Assembly: GCF_004010195.1 (NCBI RefSeq)
Contig: NC_057754.1
Coordinates: 4,403,681-4,467,680, forward strand
DNA from: Chiloscyllium plagiosum
Taxonomy: Eukaryota
Length of the DNA: 64,000 nt
Direction: 5' to 3'
Shown: piece after piece, positions 39,116 to 49,603 of the stretch
How the letters are laid out: each line of letters begins with the position of its first letter
Numbering within the stretch: position 1 is the first letter of the stretch
Position numbers and translations under genes: made by a program
The notes under the pieces: model-generated
Told to the model about the DNA's origin: nothing
Databases searched by the model: none
The model's input: the letters and a program-made list of their open reading frames with translations, nothing else

Positions 39116-40659
39116 CTATCTGAATTTAAACTCCTCAGTTGCCATGATAGGTTCTGCCCTGTCTGGATCATTAATCCAGGACTCAAGGTTACCAGTCCAG
39201 CAACCAGGTATTCCTTTGCCTATGAACTTGTAGGGGGGGAAAAATCAATCTCCTGAAGAGCACACTCTCTTTAAAAACAAGTTGAGAGATAATTTTCAGG
39301 GACCGACAAGTGCACCACCTGTATGAGAACCTTAAGGTTGTGGCATAATGAATGGAAAATAAGGAAGACAAGCAAAGGAAGCGAACACCAGATATCACAG
39401 ATCATTTCCCAAAGCTGACAACATCCGATCCAAGCCAGAGGATAAGTAAAAATCTGATTAATCTTTGGGTTCTGCGACAGTACAGGAGAAAGAACAATGC
39501 CATAGTGCTTTATATCTGCCAGTCTCCTGCTTACTGTGTCCTCAATGTAGGTTAAGCAACAGGTTAAGAAAGGACGGACCTGACACCATCACATCTAGAT
39601 AATTAACTATCAGCATTCCAGGGTCTGATGCTGAGCCAAGTGGAGCTATTATGTTCGCATCACCAGGCCATTACTTATCACAGCAGAATCACAGACTCAT
39701 GCAAACTAAGCACCAAACAGATGAAGTTGCACCAATCACTGACGTTAGGATCCCTGTTGTGTCTAGCAGAATGGAGATGCAGTTGCTTAAGTGCTTCTAA
39801 TTGCCAGTATATTGAGCTCACATTATGTTTCAGGAAAGTAAAAATAAGGAATTCACTTCAACTTAAAAATAAATGCATTAACATTTTCCATGTGATATAA
39901 GGGAGCTTGCTACAAAGACAGTTAACTGTTCGCTTGAGTTTTCTTTGTCACACCTCATTAAAAGCCATAAAATGTATTGCAGACCGTCAAATCAACATTC
40001 TTCCGGGTAGGGGTGATTCAGAATGAGTTAGCCCGTGCCAATAAAACCACATAAATCCTCACAACCAGAGAGAATTGGTAGATTCATAAACTTCTGAGAA
40101 ATGGTAGATATGCAACACCTAAAGAATTGGGACACATTTGAAAAGCGAAAAGAAAAGCTGCAAATGTTAGTTATGCATGCCAATTAATATCTGAAGTAGC
40201 AAAACACTGGCCAATATTTAAGTGGGAGCTTAATCTGTTTTAACTATAAGTACTTTTTTTTTGTCTGATGCCATTCTGCACTTCCAGCTTTGTTGCAAAA
40301 GCAACAGCAAGTTTTTAGGCTAAAAGATGTGCCATCCTTCAAATGAGATGGTAAAGTATTATCTTATTTACCCTTACCACAAGGCTCAGCGCTAGTCTCA
40401 ACCCTATTCAACACACAAATCTTTTAATAACACAGCTCGCTAAAAAAACACAAAGAAGTGCAGTTCTGAAACAAATATAGAAATTGCTGGAGAAACTGAG
40501 AAGGTCTGGAAGCAACCATGGGAAGAAAGCAGAATTAACATTGAGTCTGATGACTCTTCATCAGATGATGTTCTTTTTGTAACACACCTCGCTAGTTCAT
40601 TTATGGTGATGACAACATCTGAACTACCAGTCTGAGATGTACAAGGAAACAGACCCTTT

Positions 40660-42430
40660 GAGAAAGTGAGGACTGCAGATGCTGGAGACCAGAGTTGGAA
40701 AGTGTAGTGCTGGAAAAGCACAGCAGGCCAGGCAGCATCCGAGGAGCAGGAGAATAGACATTTCGGACATGAGCACTTCTTCAGGAATGAGGCTGGTGTG
40801 CCAAGCGGGCCAAGATGATAGGCAGAAGATGAGGCACTCTTCCTCCAGGCGTCGTGTGGCCAGGGTCTGGCGATGGAGGAGGCCAAGGACCTGCATGTCC
40901 TTGGCGGAGTGGGAGGGGGAATTAAAGTGTTCAGCCACGGGGCGGTTGGGTTGGTTGGTGTGGGTGTCCCATAGGTGTTCCCTGAAATGTTCCGCAAGTA
41001 GGCAGCCTGTCTCCCCAATGTAGAGGAGACCACATCGGGGTGCAGCGGATACCGTAAATGATGTTTGTGGAGCTGCAGGTGAATTTGCGACGGATATGGA
41101 AGGATCAATTGGGGCCATGGAGGGAGGCGAGGGCGCAAGTTTTGCATTTCTTGCGGTTGAAGGGGAAGGTGCCAAGAGTGGAGGTTGGGTTGGTGGGGGG
41201 TGCGGACCTGACGAGGGAGTCACGGAGGAAGTGGCTCTCCGGAACGCTGATAGGGGTGGGGAGGGAAATATATCCCTGGTGGTGGCATCTGTTTGGAGGT
41301 GGTGGAAATGACGGCGGATGATACGCTGTATATGGAGGTTGGTGGGGTGGTAGGTGAGGACCAGTGGGGTTCTGTTCTGGTGGCGATTGGAGAGGCGGGG
41401 TTCAAGGGTGAGGGAGCGGGAAGTGGAGGAGATGTGGTGGAGAGCATCCTCGACCACGTCGGAGGGGAAATTGCGGTCTTTGAAGGAGGCCATTTGGGCT
41501 GTTCGGTAGTGGAATTGGAGCTCTTGGGAGCAGGTGTGGCAGAGGCGAAGGAATTGGGAATATGGGATGGCGTTTTTACAAGGGGCAGGGTGGAAGGAGG
41601 TGTAACCTTGGTAGCTGTGGCAGTCTGTCGGTTTGTAGTAAATGTCCGTGTTGAGTCGGTCACCCGGGATAGAAATGGAGGGGTCTAGGAAGGGGAGGGA
41701 GGAGTCTGAGACGGTCCAGATAAATTTGAGGTCGGGGTGAAGATGTTAGTAAAGTGGATAAACTGTTCAACCTCCTCGTGGGAGCATGAGGTAGCGCCAA
41801 TACAATCATCGATGTAGTGGAGGAAAAGGTAGGGGGTGGGGTCAGTGTAGCTGCTGAAGATGGGACTGTTCCACATATCCCAAGAGGCAGGCATAGCTGG
41901 GGCCCATGCAGGTGCCCATGGCTACTCCTTGGGTTTGGAGAAAGTGGGAGGATTGGAAGGAGAAGTTGTTAAGAGTGAGGACCAGGTCAGTCAGTCGAAG
42001 GAGGGTGTCAGTGGAAGGGTATTGGTTGGGTCGGCGGGAAAGAAAGAAGCGGAGAGCTTTGGGGCCTTCGTGATGGGGGATGGATGTGTATAGGGACTGG
42101 ATGTCCATGGTGAAGATAAGGCATTGGGGGCTAAGGAAGCGAAAATCATGGAGGAGGTGGAGGGCGTGGGTGGTGTCCTGAACGTAAGTGGAGAGTTCTT
42201 GGACTAAGGGGGACAGGACCGTGTCGAAGTATGCAGAGATGAGTTTGGTTGGGCAGGAGCAGACTGAGACAATGGGTCGGCCAGGGCAGTCAGGTTTGTG
42301 GATTTTGGGCAAGAAGTAGAAACGGACGGTGCGGGGTTGTGGGACTATGAGGTTGGAGGCGGTGGATGGGAGATCTCCTGAGGTGATGAGGTTATGGATG
42401 GTCTGGGAGATGATGGTTTGGTGGTGGGAT
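40660..42430 (-). mobile_element. Penelope-like retroelement remnant (RT + GIY-YIG endonuclease + terminal repeat with hammerhead-like core)
   Basis: PKIHKPDCPGRPIVS, FTMDIQSLYTSIP, QTQGVAMGTCMGPSYACL, LHYIDD and LLYIGETG...HFREH...VAEHFN...RRLEEE, all frameshifted. The 3' end reads CTGAAGAAGTGCTCATGTCCGAAATGTC. Confidence 0.92.
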
Positions 42431-42431
42431 C

Positions 42432-42630
42432 CAACTCATCCATGCTGACCAGATATTCTAAACGAATCTGGTCCCATTGGCCAGTATTTGGCCCATACCA
42501 CTAAATCCTTCCTATTCATATACCCACCCAGATGCTTTTCAAATATTGTAATTGTACCAGCTTCTACCACCACCTCTGGCAGCTTAATCCGTACACGCAC
42601 CACCTTCTGTGTGAAAAAGTTGTTCCTCAA
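42432..42630 (-). mobile_element. CR1 LINE 3' tail
   Basis: RNNFFTQKVVRVRIKLPEVVVEAGTI. Confidence 0.8.
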
Positions 42631-42959
42631 GCACTGTGCCCAGTACTAATCTCCTCATTTAAGGAAGGCTGTAAATGAAGCACTTCAGAGAGGACAGTCA
42701 AGCTCCATCCTTGTACAATCCAGACTAGATCCCAACCAAAGACTTTACAGTGCAGATAGACTACTACAGCACACTATTGCACAAAGAATACCTCCAAAAT
42801 CATATCTAGTCTGTTCCACCTTAAAATAAGGCCAGCGCCAAAAACGAATTATATGTCTACATGGATGGTCAGAACTAAAACAATAGTCCAGTCTAACATG
42901 CTTGGAAGTAACTCTAGTTAGGGCCTTGCTCACCTCAACATCTGAAGAAAACAGAAAAG

Positions 42960-43560
42960 ATCAAAACCTGAAACAATCTGAGAATCAAAGTTGATGGATC
43001 TATACAGGGAACTGCTAATATATTCAACCTCAGCATTTGGGCTATTGTACTCCACAGCAGAGTACTGTGCACCCATCTGGAAAGTCATCTTGTTGAAATG
43101 CAACTGAAACATAACAATGAACATTAAAACCCTTTGTTCCACACCCTTCAACTGACCTCCTGCCCCCACACACACACACATCCACAAGCTGGTTGAAACC
43201 ATCCAGGTTGCACCTCACTTACTCACTCCATGAGCACCTGTTCAATACACCTACTGCCACCCTTCAACCCATGTCCCCAAATAAAGCAAGCCTCCTAAGG
43301 AGGCATCCTTCAGATCAAGGAATTGAAAGCACGGGACATCACTGATAAGTTCCTTGTCAAAAACTCCAGGTTTTGAATGGCATTCTTTGAATTACCACAT
43401 GACAAGAGTAGCCCTTACTGTACAGGTTCAGAATAGGCCACAGATGCGACACAGCCCATCTCCAAAGCAGTGCCTCAGTATAAACTTATGGATGTTGCAC
43501 GTTACCAAATTGCGTTTCCATCTGCATACTAAGTGGTGGGCTAATCATAAACTCTAAATG
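42960..43560 (+). mobile_element. Old non-LTR retrotransposon remnant (RTEX/Ingi-Vingi-like)
   Basis: About 43030-43080 translates to SAFGLLYSTAEYCAPIW, a post-RT motif of these clades. The rest is heavily decayed. Confidence 0.5.
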
Positions 43561-45131
43561 AGGTGCAAACAGATTTACAGATTTGCTTTTCCTAAAATAA
43601 TAAAAAACTTAAAATGGATCAATTCAGGTGGATCTCAAAGCTACCATCCCATAATCAGAAGACAATCTAGATTTCCTATGACTTAAGCTTCTACCTCAAA
43701 ACAACACTATCATTAGTGAACCTATGCAGGTTGCTTCAGTTTTTTAAAAATTCATTCATAGGGTGAGGGCGTCGCTGCCCATCACTAATTGCCCAGAGGG
43801 CAGTTAAGAGTCACCCACATTACATGTAGGCCAGACTGGGAAGGATAGCAGATTTCCCTCCCTAAAAGGACATTAGTGAACCAGATGGGTTTTTGCTCCT
43901 AACAATTGACAATGGATTCCTGGTCATCATTATTCTCAATTCCTTTTTTTGAAATTCAAATTCTGGCATTCGCCATGGGACTTTTAAACCCAGTTTACAA
44001 AACATTACCTCGGTCACTGGTTTAACCATCTAGTAATAAATATCACTAATTCATCGTTCTACAAACTAGGGGAGACAATGTTCTCTATGTTTGTTAGCTC
44101 ATTCAGCCACAAACCAACAAATCATCACATTTCATAAGTTAACCTATACTGCGTAAAGTATTTCAAAGACACAAAAGGCACAATATAACTGCAAGTTACC
44201 GTTTAAAAGATAATTTGACAGCATATTAAGTCATTCAACATGGTAGCCTAATTGGTCCCATTACCCTGCCCTTTGCACACAAGTAATGATTTTTTCCTTT
44301 CTCAAATATTTATTCACTTTTAAAAGCTAAGCATTTCTGCACCCACAGCTGTTTGTGGAAAGACATGCCATATCCAAGCAACCCCTTGTGTAAAAGAAAA
44401 ATCTCCAATTCACTGCTTTTATTTGGCTGTCTCCATTCCTGCCTCAGGAACCAGGCCGAATTGTTTTTACATGAGTAGCAAAGAGATACAGCAGATCTGA
44501 CAAAATCAGCAGCAAACACAGCATCTGACTCATGCCCTTCTTCAGAGATAAACAAATGCAATAAACAGAAAAGGGGAAGAGAGGGAAAAACGGAAATGCA
44601 GAGAAAGTGATATTGCTGAGTGATTTCACTCAACAAATAACCTGAGGCATTAAGTAAACACGAAAATTGCTGAGGTAGGAGGAGGGAGATTAGGGAAAAG
44701 GCAAGAAAGTGATAACAAATTGCAGAGATTAGGTTTCAATTCAAAACAGGCAATATAGTAGAAATGTGAAATAAACTTTTTTTTTAAAAAAGTGCTTACA
44801 ACATTTCGAATTGGATATTTATGGTCAAATAACTAATGTAAATTAAAAAATCTTTCCCTGCTTTACTTTTTGGCCATCTTCACTGCTGCCACAGGAACCT
44901 GTCAAAACAGTTTGGCCATGAAGATCAGGGAAAGGCCAAAATCAGCACAAAGAACAAAAGTACTACAAACATGAGAAATCTGAAACAAATAAAAGTGGAA
45001 AATTGGTCTTGCCTCAAAAATAAGCTTACCTTCAAAAGCAAAAGACACACAAAGAACAGGAGACAACCTGATTACCCGACCGGAATCCATTTTGGAAAAT
45101 AAATAACTACCAAAAGACTACAATTGTGAAA

Positions 45132-45300
45132 CAAAAACAGAAATTGCTGGAAAAGCTCAGCAGGTCCAGCAGCCAACGTGAAGAGAAATCAGGGTTAACG
45201 TCTAGCGGCCCTTCCTTGGAACCCATTCAGAAACATTAACTCCAATTTCTCTTCACAAATGCTGTCAGAACTGCTGAGCTTTTCCAGCAATTTGTTTTTA
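45132..45300. mobile_element. Fold-back mini-element (second hammerhead-bearing family)
   Basis: AAATTGCTGGAAAAGCTCAGCAG...CTGCTGAGCTTTTCCAGCAATTT inverted arms. Confidence 0.7.
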
Positions 45301-45697
45301 TGTCTGATTTATAGAGCACCCATAGTTCTTTCTGTTTTTATGCAGCAAATCTGAAGCTGGAATCACAGGTCAGCACTCCCCTACTATCAAAATAGGAAAA
45401 CAAACTTTGTCATGCTGTATAAATTGGTGTCCTTTCTCCAATCCCCTCACCTTTCTGTTCCTAGTTCTGCAACTTCTTGTCTCTCTCTGACAAGCTTTAG
45501 GTTCAACACTTGCAAGCAAATGAGAAACCCCATGATTCTAGATATATTTATCAGGTTGCATACAGCATTTTTAAAAAAATGGCAGGAGCAAATTACTGCA
45601 GATACTGGCCTTTTGGTACATTACATTCAGACTAGTTATCAAGCACCTACCTCCACAAGTCCCACTTTCCAGCACTTGGCCTTGTGGGTGCTATGTA

Positions 45698-46202
45698 AAA
45701 ACAATGACTGCAGATTCTGGAAACCAGATTCTGGATTAGTGGTGCTGGAAGAGCACAGCAGTTCAGACAGCATCCAAGGAGCAGTAAAATCAACGTTTCG
45801 GGCAAAAGCCCTTCATCAGGAATAAAGGCAGAGAGCCTGAAGCATGGAGAGATAAGCCAGAGGGTGGGGGTGGGGAGAAAGTAGCATAGAGTACAATAGG
45901 TGAGTGGGGGAGGGGATGAAGGTGATAGGGCAGGGGGAGGGTGGATTGGATTGGTGGAAAAGATGATAGGCGAAGATAGGCAAGTAGGACAAGTCATGGG
46001 GACAGTGCTGAGCTGGAAGTTTGGAACTAGGGTGAGGTGGGGGAAGGGGAAATGAGGAAACTGTCGAAGTGCACATTGATGCCCTGGGGTTGAAGTGTTC
46101 CGAGGCAGAAGATGAGGTGTTCTTCCTCCAGGCGTCTGGTGGTGAGGGAGTGGCGGTGAAAGAGGCCCAGGACCTCCACGTCCTCGGCAGAGTGGGAGGG
46201 GG
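45698..46202 (-). mobile_element. Penelope-like 3' fragment with intact hammerhead core
   Basis: 46080-46200 matches the GIY-YIG end of 40820-40920. The reverse complement of 45787-45824 is TATTCCTGATGAAGGGCTTTTGCCCGAAACGTTGATTT. Confidence 0.85.
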
Positions 46203-46415
46203 CTATGTCAGTTGAAGGGATTACCTAAATACAGCTTAAAGTTTGCAATGGTGTCTGCCCTTGTCACCCTTTCTGGCACTGAATTGGAAGACACACACCA
46301 CACAGTGGACGATAAACCTCTGCCTCAAAATCACCTGCACTTTCCCTTACATTTACACTCTCTGTACCAAGCGGAAAAGCTTCTTCATGTCCATGCCCCC
46401 CCCCCCAATATCATA

Positions 46416-46710
46416 ATGTGGAGGTGCTGGTGTTGGACTGGGTGGTCGAAGTTTAAAAAAAAATCACACCACCAGGTTATAGTCCAACAGGTATATTTAG
46501 AAGTACACACTTTGAGAGCGCTGCTCCATCAGGTAGCTGGTAGAATAGGATCATAGGACACAATGTATAGGACTATGATCTTTTGCCATAAATTCTATGC
46601 CTTATGATCCTATCCCATTTGCTACTTGACAGAGGAGCAGAGCTAGGAAAGCTGGTACTTCCAAATAAACCGGTTGGGCTATAACTTGTGGTGCTATGTG
46701 ATTTTTAACT
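46416..46710. mobile_element. Fold-back element of a third hammerhead-bearing family
   Basis: AAATCACACCACCAGGTTATAGTCCAACAGG... is inverted against ...CCGGTTGGGCTATAACTTGTGGTGCTATGTGATTTT. Same family as 48925-49305. Confidence 0.7.
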
Positions 46711-46919
46711 CACCATCATGAACCTCAAGGCCCAGGCCATACTGGGGGGGGCGAAAGGGGAGGAAGAAGGAAAAAAAAAGAAGAGGCCAAGAGGTTGGGT
46801 TGGGTTGGTCCTCCTAAGGGTCGACGGTCACTTTCCAACCTTACCTCACACTCACAGGTTCAAATCCAACCAGGGACTGAAAGTGCACCATTTTTCTCAA
46901 AAACAAAAGTAGACATACT

Positions 46920-47200
46920 TACGAGCGCAGACCTGGGCCGCTCGGACCCAAGGCCCCTCTTTACACGTTACCCCCGACTCCCGTCTCAGTCGACAACAAA
47001 CACCAACCAACTCTCCGGTAGGCCGGCCTCTGCGCCTGCGCAGAGACCGCGAGCGCCTCGCCGCGTCTCCCCGCGCAACGTTCGCCGGGAGTTGTAGTCT
47101 TCTGGGCGGCGTTTGCTCATTACGGCGCATGCGCCCTCAGGCAACTCCATTGACAGGCGTCACGCCCTCCCCCAGTCTCCTGCCAAATTCGCGCCTTTTT
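46920..47200 (-). promoter_or_regulatory. CpG-island promoter of FRMD8 with ZNF143/SBS-type and NRF1 motifs
   Basis: Densest CpG cluster in the window. ACTACAACTCCC on the minus strand (47087-47098), GCGCATGCGC (47125-47134) and GCGCCTGCGC (47032-47041). Confidence 0.8.
46923..47030 (-). other. FRMD8: Putative non-coding exon 1 of FRMD8 (5' end approximate)
   Basis: CpG-rich stretch ending in a strong donor CTC|GTAAGT (GT at 46922-46921). Exon 2 begins at the ATG, so an upstream exon is required. Confidence 0.65.
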
Positions 47201-47679
47201 TCACCCCCCTCAGTAACTGCCATCTGCAAAGAAAGTGCGCAAGAGGTGTCCTGGATGGAGGGACAAAGGGATTGGCTTTGCTATTCCTCACCATCGCCAT
47301 CCTTATACACACTTGGTAGGGTAGACCATGGGATGTATACAAAATATGTTAGAGACAAAAAAAAACTGCTGATGCTGGAATCCAAAGTAGACAGGCAGGA
47401 GGCTGGAAGAACACAGCAAGCCAGGCAGCAGAAACTAGACCATTCAGTCCATTGAGTGTGGTCTGCCATTTAATGAGATCATAGCTGACCTGACCATCCT
47501 TAACTCCGCTTTCCTGCTTTCCCCTCCCGCCTTGATTCCCATCAGGATGAAAAATCTCAGCCTTGAATATACTCAATGACCCAACTTTAATAGTCCCTGC
47601 AGCAACCACATCCGCTGATTATCCTCTGAGAAAATGGAAATTTCTGCTAATCTCCAACTTCAATGGGGTGAACCCTCCA

Positions 47680-47775
47680 TCTGGGGAGGGGTCATTCCAC
47701 CTGAAACGTTAACTTTAATTTCTCTGCACAGATGCTGCCAGTCCTGCTGAGCTTTTCCAGCAATTTGTATTTTTG
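47680..47775 (+). mobile_element. Short hammerhead-family element (degenerate core)
   Basis: CTGGGGAGGGGTCATTCCACCTGAAACGTTAAC followed by CACAGATGCTGCCAG...CTGCTGAGCTTTTCCAGCAATTT. Confidence 0.65.
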
Positions 47776-47780
47776 ATTCC

Positions 47781-48328
47781 TGTTAGAAACGAAAATCGCT
47801 TCTCAATAATCGCTCTAGACAAATTCAGGAAAACAAAGTTTTATTAACAAGTCAAGTCTGCAGAGTCGGGCACCCTTAAAGAAAAGGCGCGCTGAGGCTT
47901 ACAAAGTCTCCCATTATATACAGCACAAGTCCCTCCTCTCCTTGGCTCCAACAAGCCATGAGGTTCACATTCTTAAAAACATCATTATTTTTATCACAAA
48001 GTCTGCAACAAAAGGCTCCAGAGTCTCCAAAGTTTGTTTTTCTCACCCTGTAGTCTTATCAGTCAAAGACTTATTCTTCTCTGTCTGTGCTAGCAGTCTT
48101 ATCAGTCAAGGACTCATCCTTCCCTGCTGTGTTAATGGCTTCATCAATCAAGAGCCTGCTTGTTTTTACTATCGCTCACAAATTGTCAGCATTCTGCACA
48201 ATTTAAACTATTCTACTTTTGAGTATATAAAATGGTTGTTAGAAAAGAAACAAAAGTTTTGTCTTTTATTATAGATCAGTCTGTGGTCCAGGCACATCTT
48301 AAAGTTTAAACCGAAATTACCTCTCACA
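47781..48328 (-). mobile_element. Solo LTR (548 bp) with 5-bp TSD
   Basis: Ends TGTTAGA...TCTCACA, flanked by ATTCC at 47776-47780 and 48329-48333. On the minus strand TATATAAT (~47913-47920) precedes AATAAA (~47840-47845). Confidence 0.8.
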
Positions 48329-48439
48329 ATTCCTCAATCTGAGATTTTGCCCTTTTCGTCACAAGGGAAACAACCTCTCTGCATTTATTCTGTCCAGTCC
48401 TCTAAAAATCTTGTCTGTTTCAATATTCTAAACTCCACG

Positions 48440-48749
48440 GTGTAGGTTTGCTCACTGAGCTGTAGGTTTGATATCCAGACGTTCATTACCTGGCTAGGTA
48501 ACATCATCAGTGGCAACCTCCAAGTGAAGCGAAGCTGTTGTCTCCTGCTTTCTATTTATATCTTTCTCCTGGATGGGGTTCCTGGGGTTTGTGGTGATGT
48601 CATTTCCTGTTCGTTTTCTGAGGGGTTGATAGATGGTATCGAGATCTATGTGTTTGTTTATGGCGTTGTGGTTGGAGTGCCAGGCCTCTAGGAATTCTCT
48701 GGCATGCCTTTGCTTAGCCTGTCCCAGGATAGATGTGTTGTCACAGTTG
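48440..48749 (-). mobile_element. Penelope-derived fragment (same family as the 33485-34443 arms) with hammerhead-like core
   Basis: Reverse complement CCACTGATGATGTTACCTAGCCAGGTAATGAACGTCTGG at 48475-48513. Confidence 0.75.
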
Positions 48750-48924
48750 ATCTGCTATCCTTCCCAGTCTGGCCTAAATGTGACTCCAAACCCATTGTAA
48801 TGTGGGTGACTCTTAACTGCCCTCTGGCCAATTGGTGATGGGCAGCGACACCCTCGTCCTGTGAATGAATTTTTTAAAAACTGAAGCAACCTGCATAGGT
48901 TCACTAATGATAGTGTTGATTTGA

Positions 48925-49305
48925 TACATTTTTTAGATTAGAATCAGTCTAAACATTATGGCACAGACAGCAGCACACAGGGGGCTAATACCTTCAACAC
49001 ATTAGCTGGGCTGACACCAATTATTAAAGTTCACCTGAGAATGTAATTTATAAAAAATGTTTTGTGATTTACATATGAAAGAAGTGAAACTAACATGGTC
49101 ATTCTAACAGATGAGAGACTTCACAATCAAGGTATTTTTCAATGTATAATTTTAGTTACATCACACTGTAAACTTTTGCTATAAACTCTGTGTCTTACAA
49201 TTGTGTACTCCACAACCACCTGATGAAGGAGTGGTGCTTCGAAAGCTAGTGCTTCCAAATAAATCTGTTGGACTATAACCTGGTGTCATGTGACTTTTAA
49301 CTTTA
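48925..49305 (+). mobile_element. Penelope-type terminal-repeat element with intact hammerhead core
   Basis: CAC-CTGATGA-A-GGAG-TGGTG-CTTC-GAAA-GCTA-GTG at 49217-49251. Confidence 0.7.
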
Positions 49306-49330
49306 TTTTGAGCTAGCTACACTTAGAATA

Positions 49331-49603
49331 GGGGCGGCACAGTGCTCAGTGGTTAGTGCTGCTGCCTCACAGCACCAGGATCCCAGGTTCAAATCCAGCC
49401 TTGGGTGACTGTGTGGAGTTTGCACATTCTCCCTGTGTTTGCGTGGGTTTCCTCCCACAGTCACAAAGACCTGTGCAGGTCAGGTGAATTGGCCATGTTA
49501 AATTGTCCATAGTGTTAGGTGCATTGGTCTGGGCGGGTTACTCTTTGGAGGGTCGGCGTGGACTGGTTGGGCCGAAGGGCCTGTTTCCACATTGTAGGGA
49601 ATC
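49331..49603 (+). mobile_element. V-SINE (HE1-like)
   Basis: tRNA head, V-domain and CR1 tail as at 27359. Confidence 0.85.

Noticed and set aside
45031..45045. AAAAGCAAAAG as a MALAT1/NEAT1 triple-helix A-rich tract
   Set aside because: There are no paired U-rich motifs and no adjacent tRNA-like structure, and it lies in FRMD8 intron 1. It is better explained as a minus-strand pyrimidine tract.
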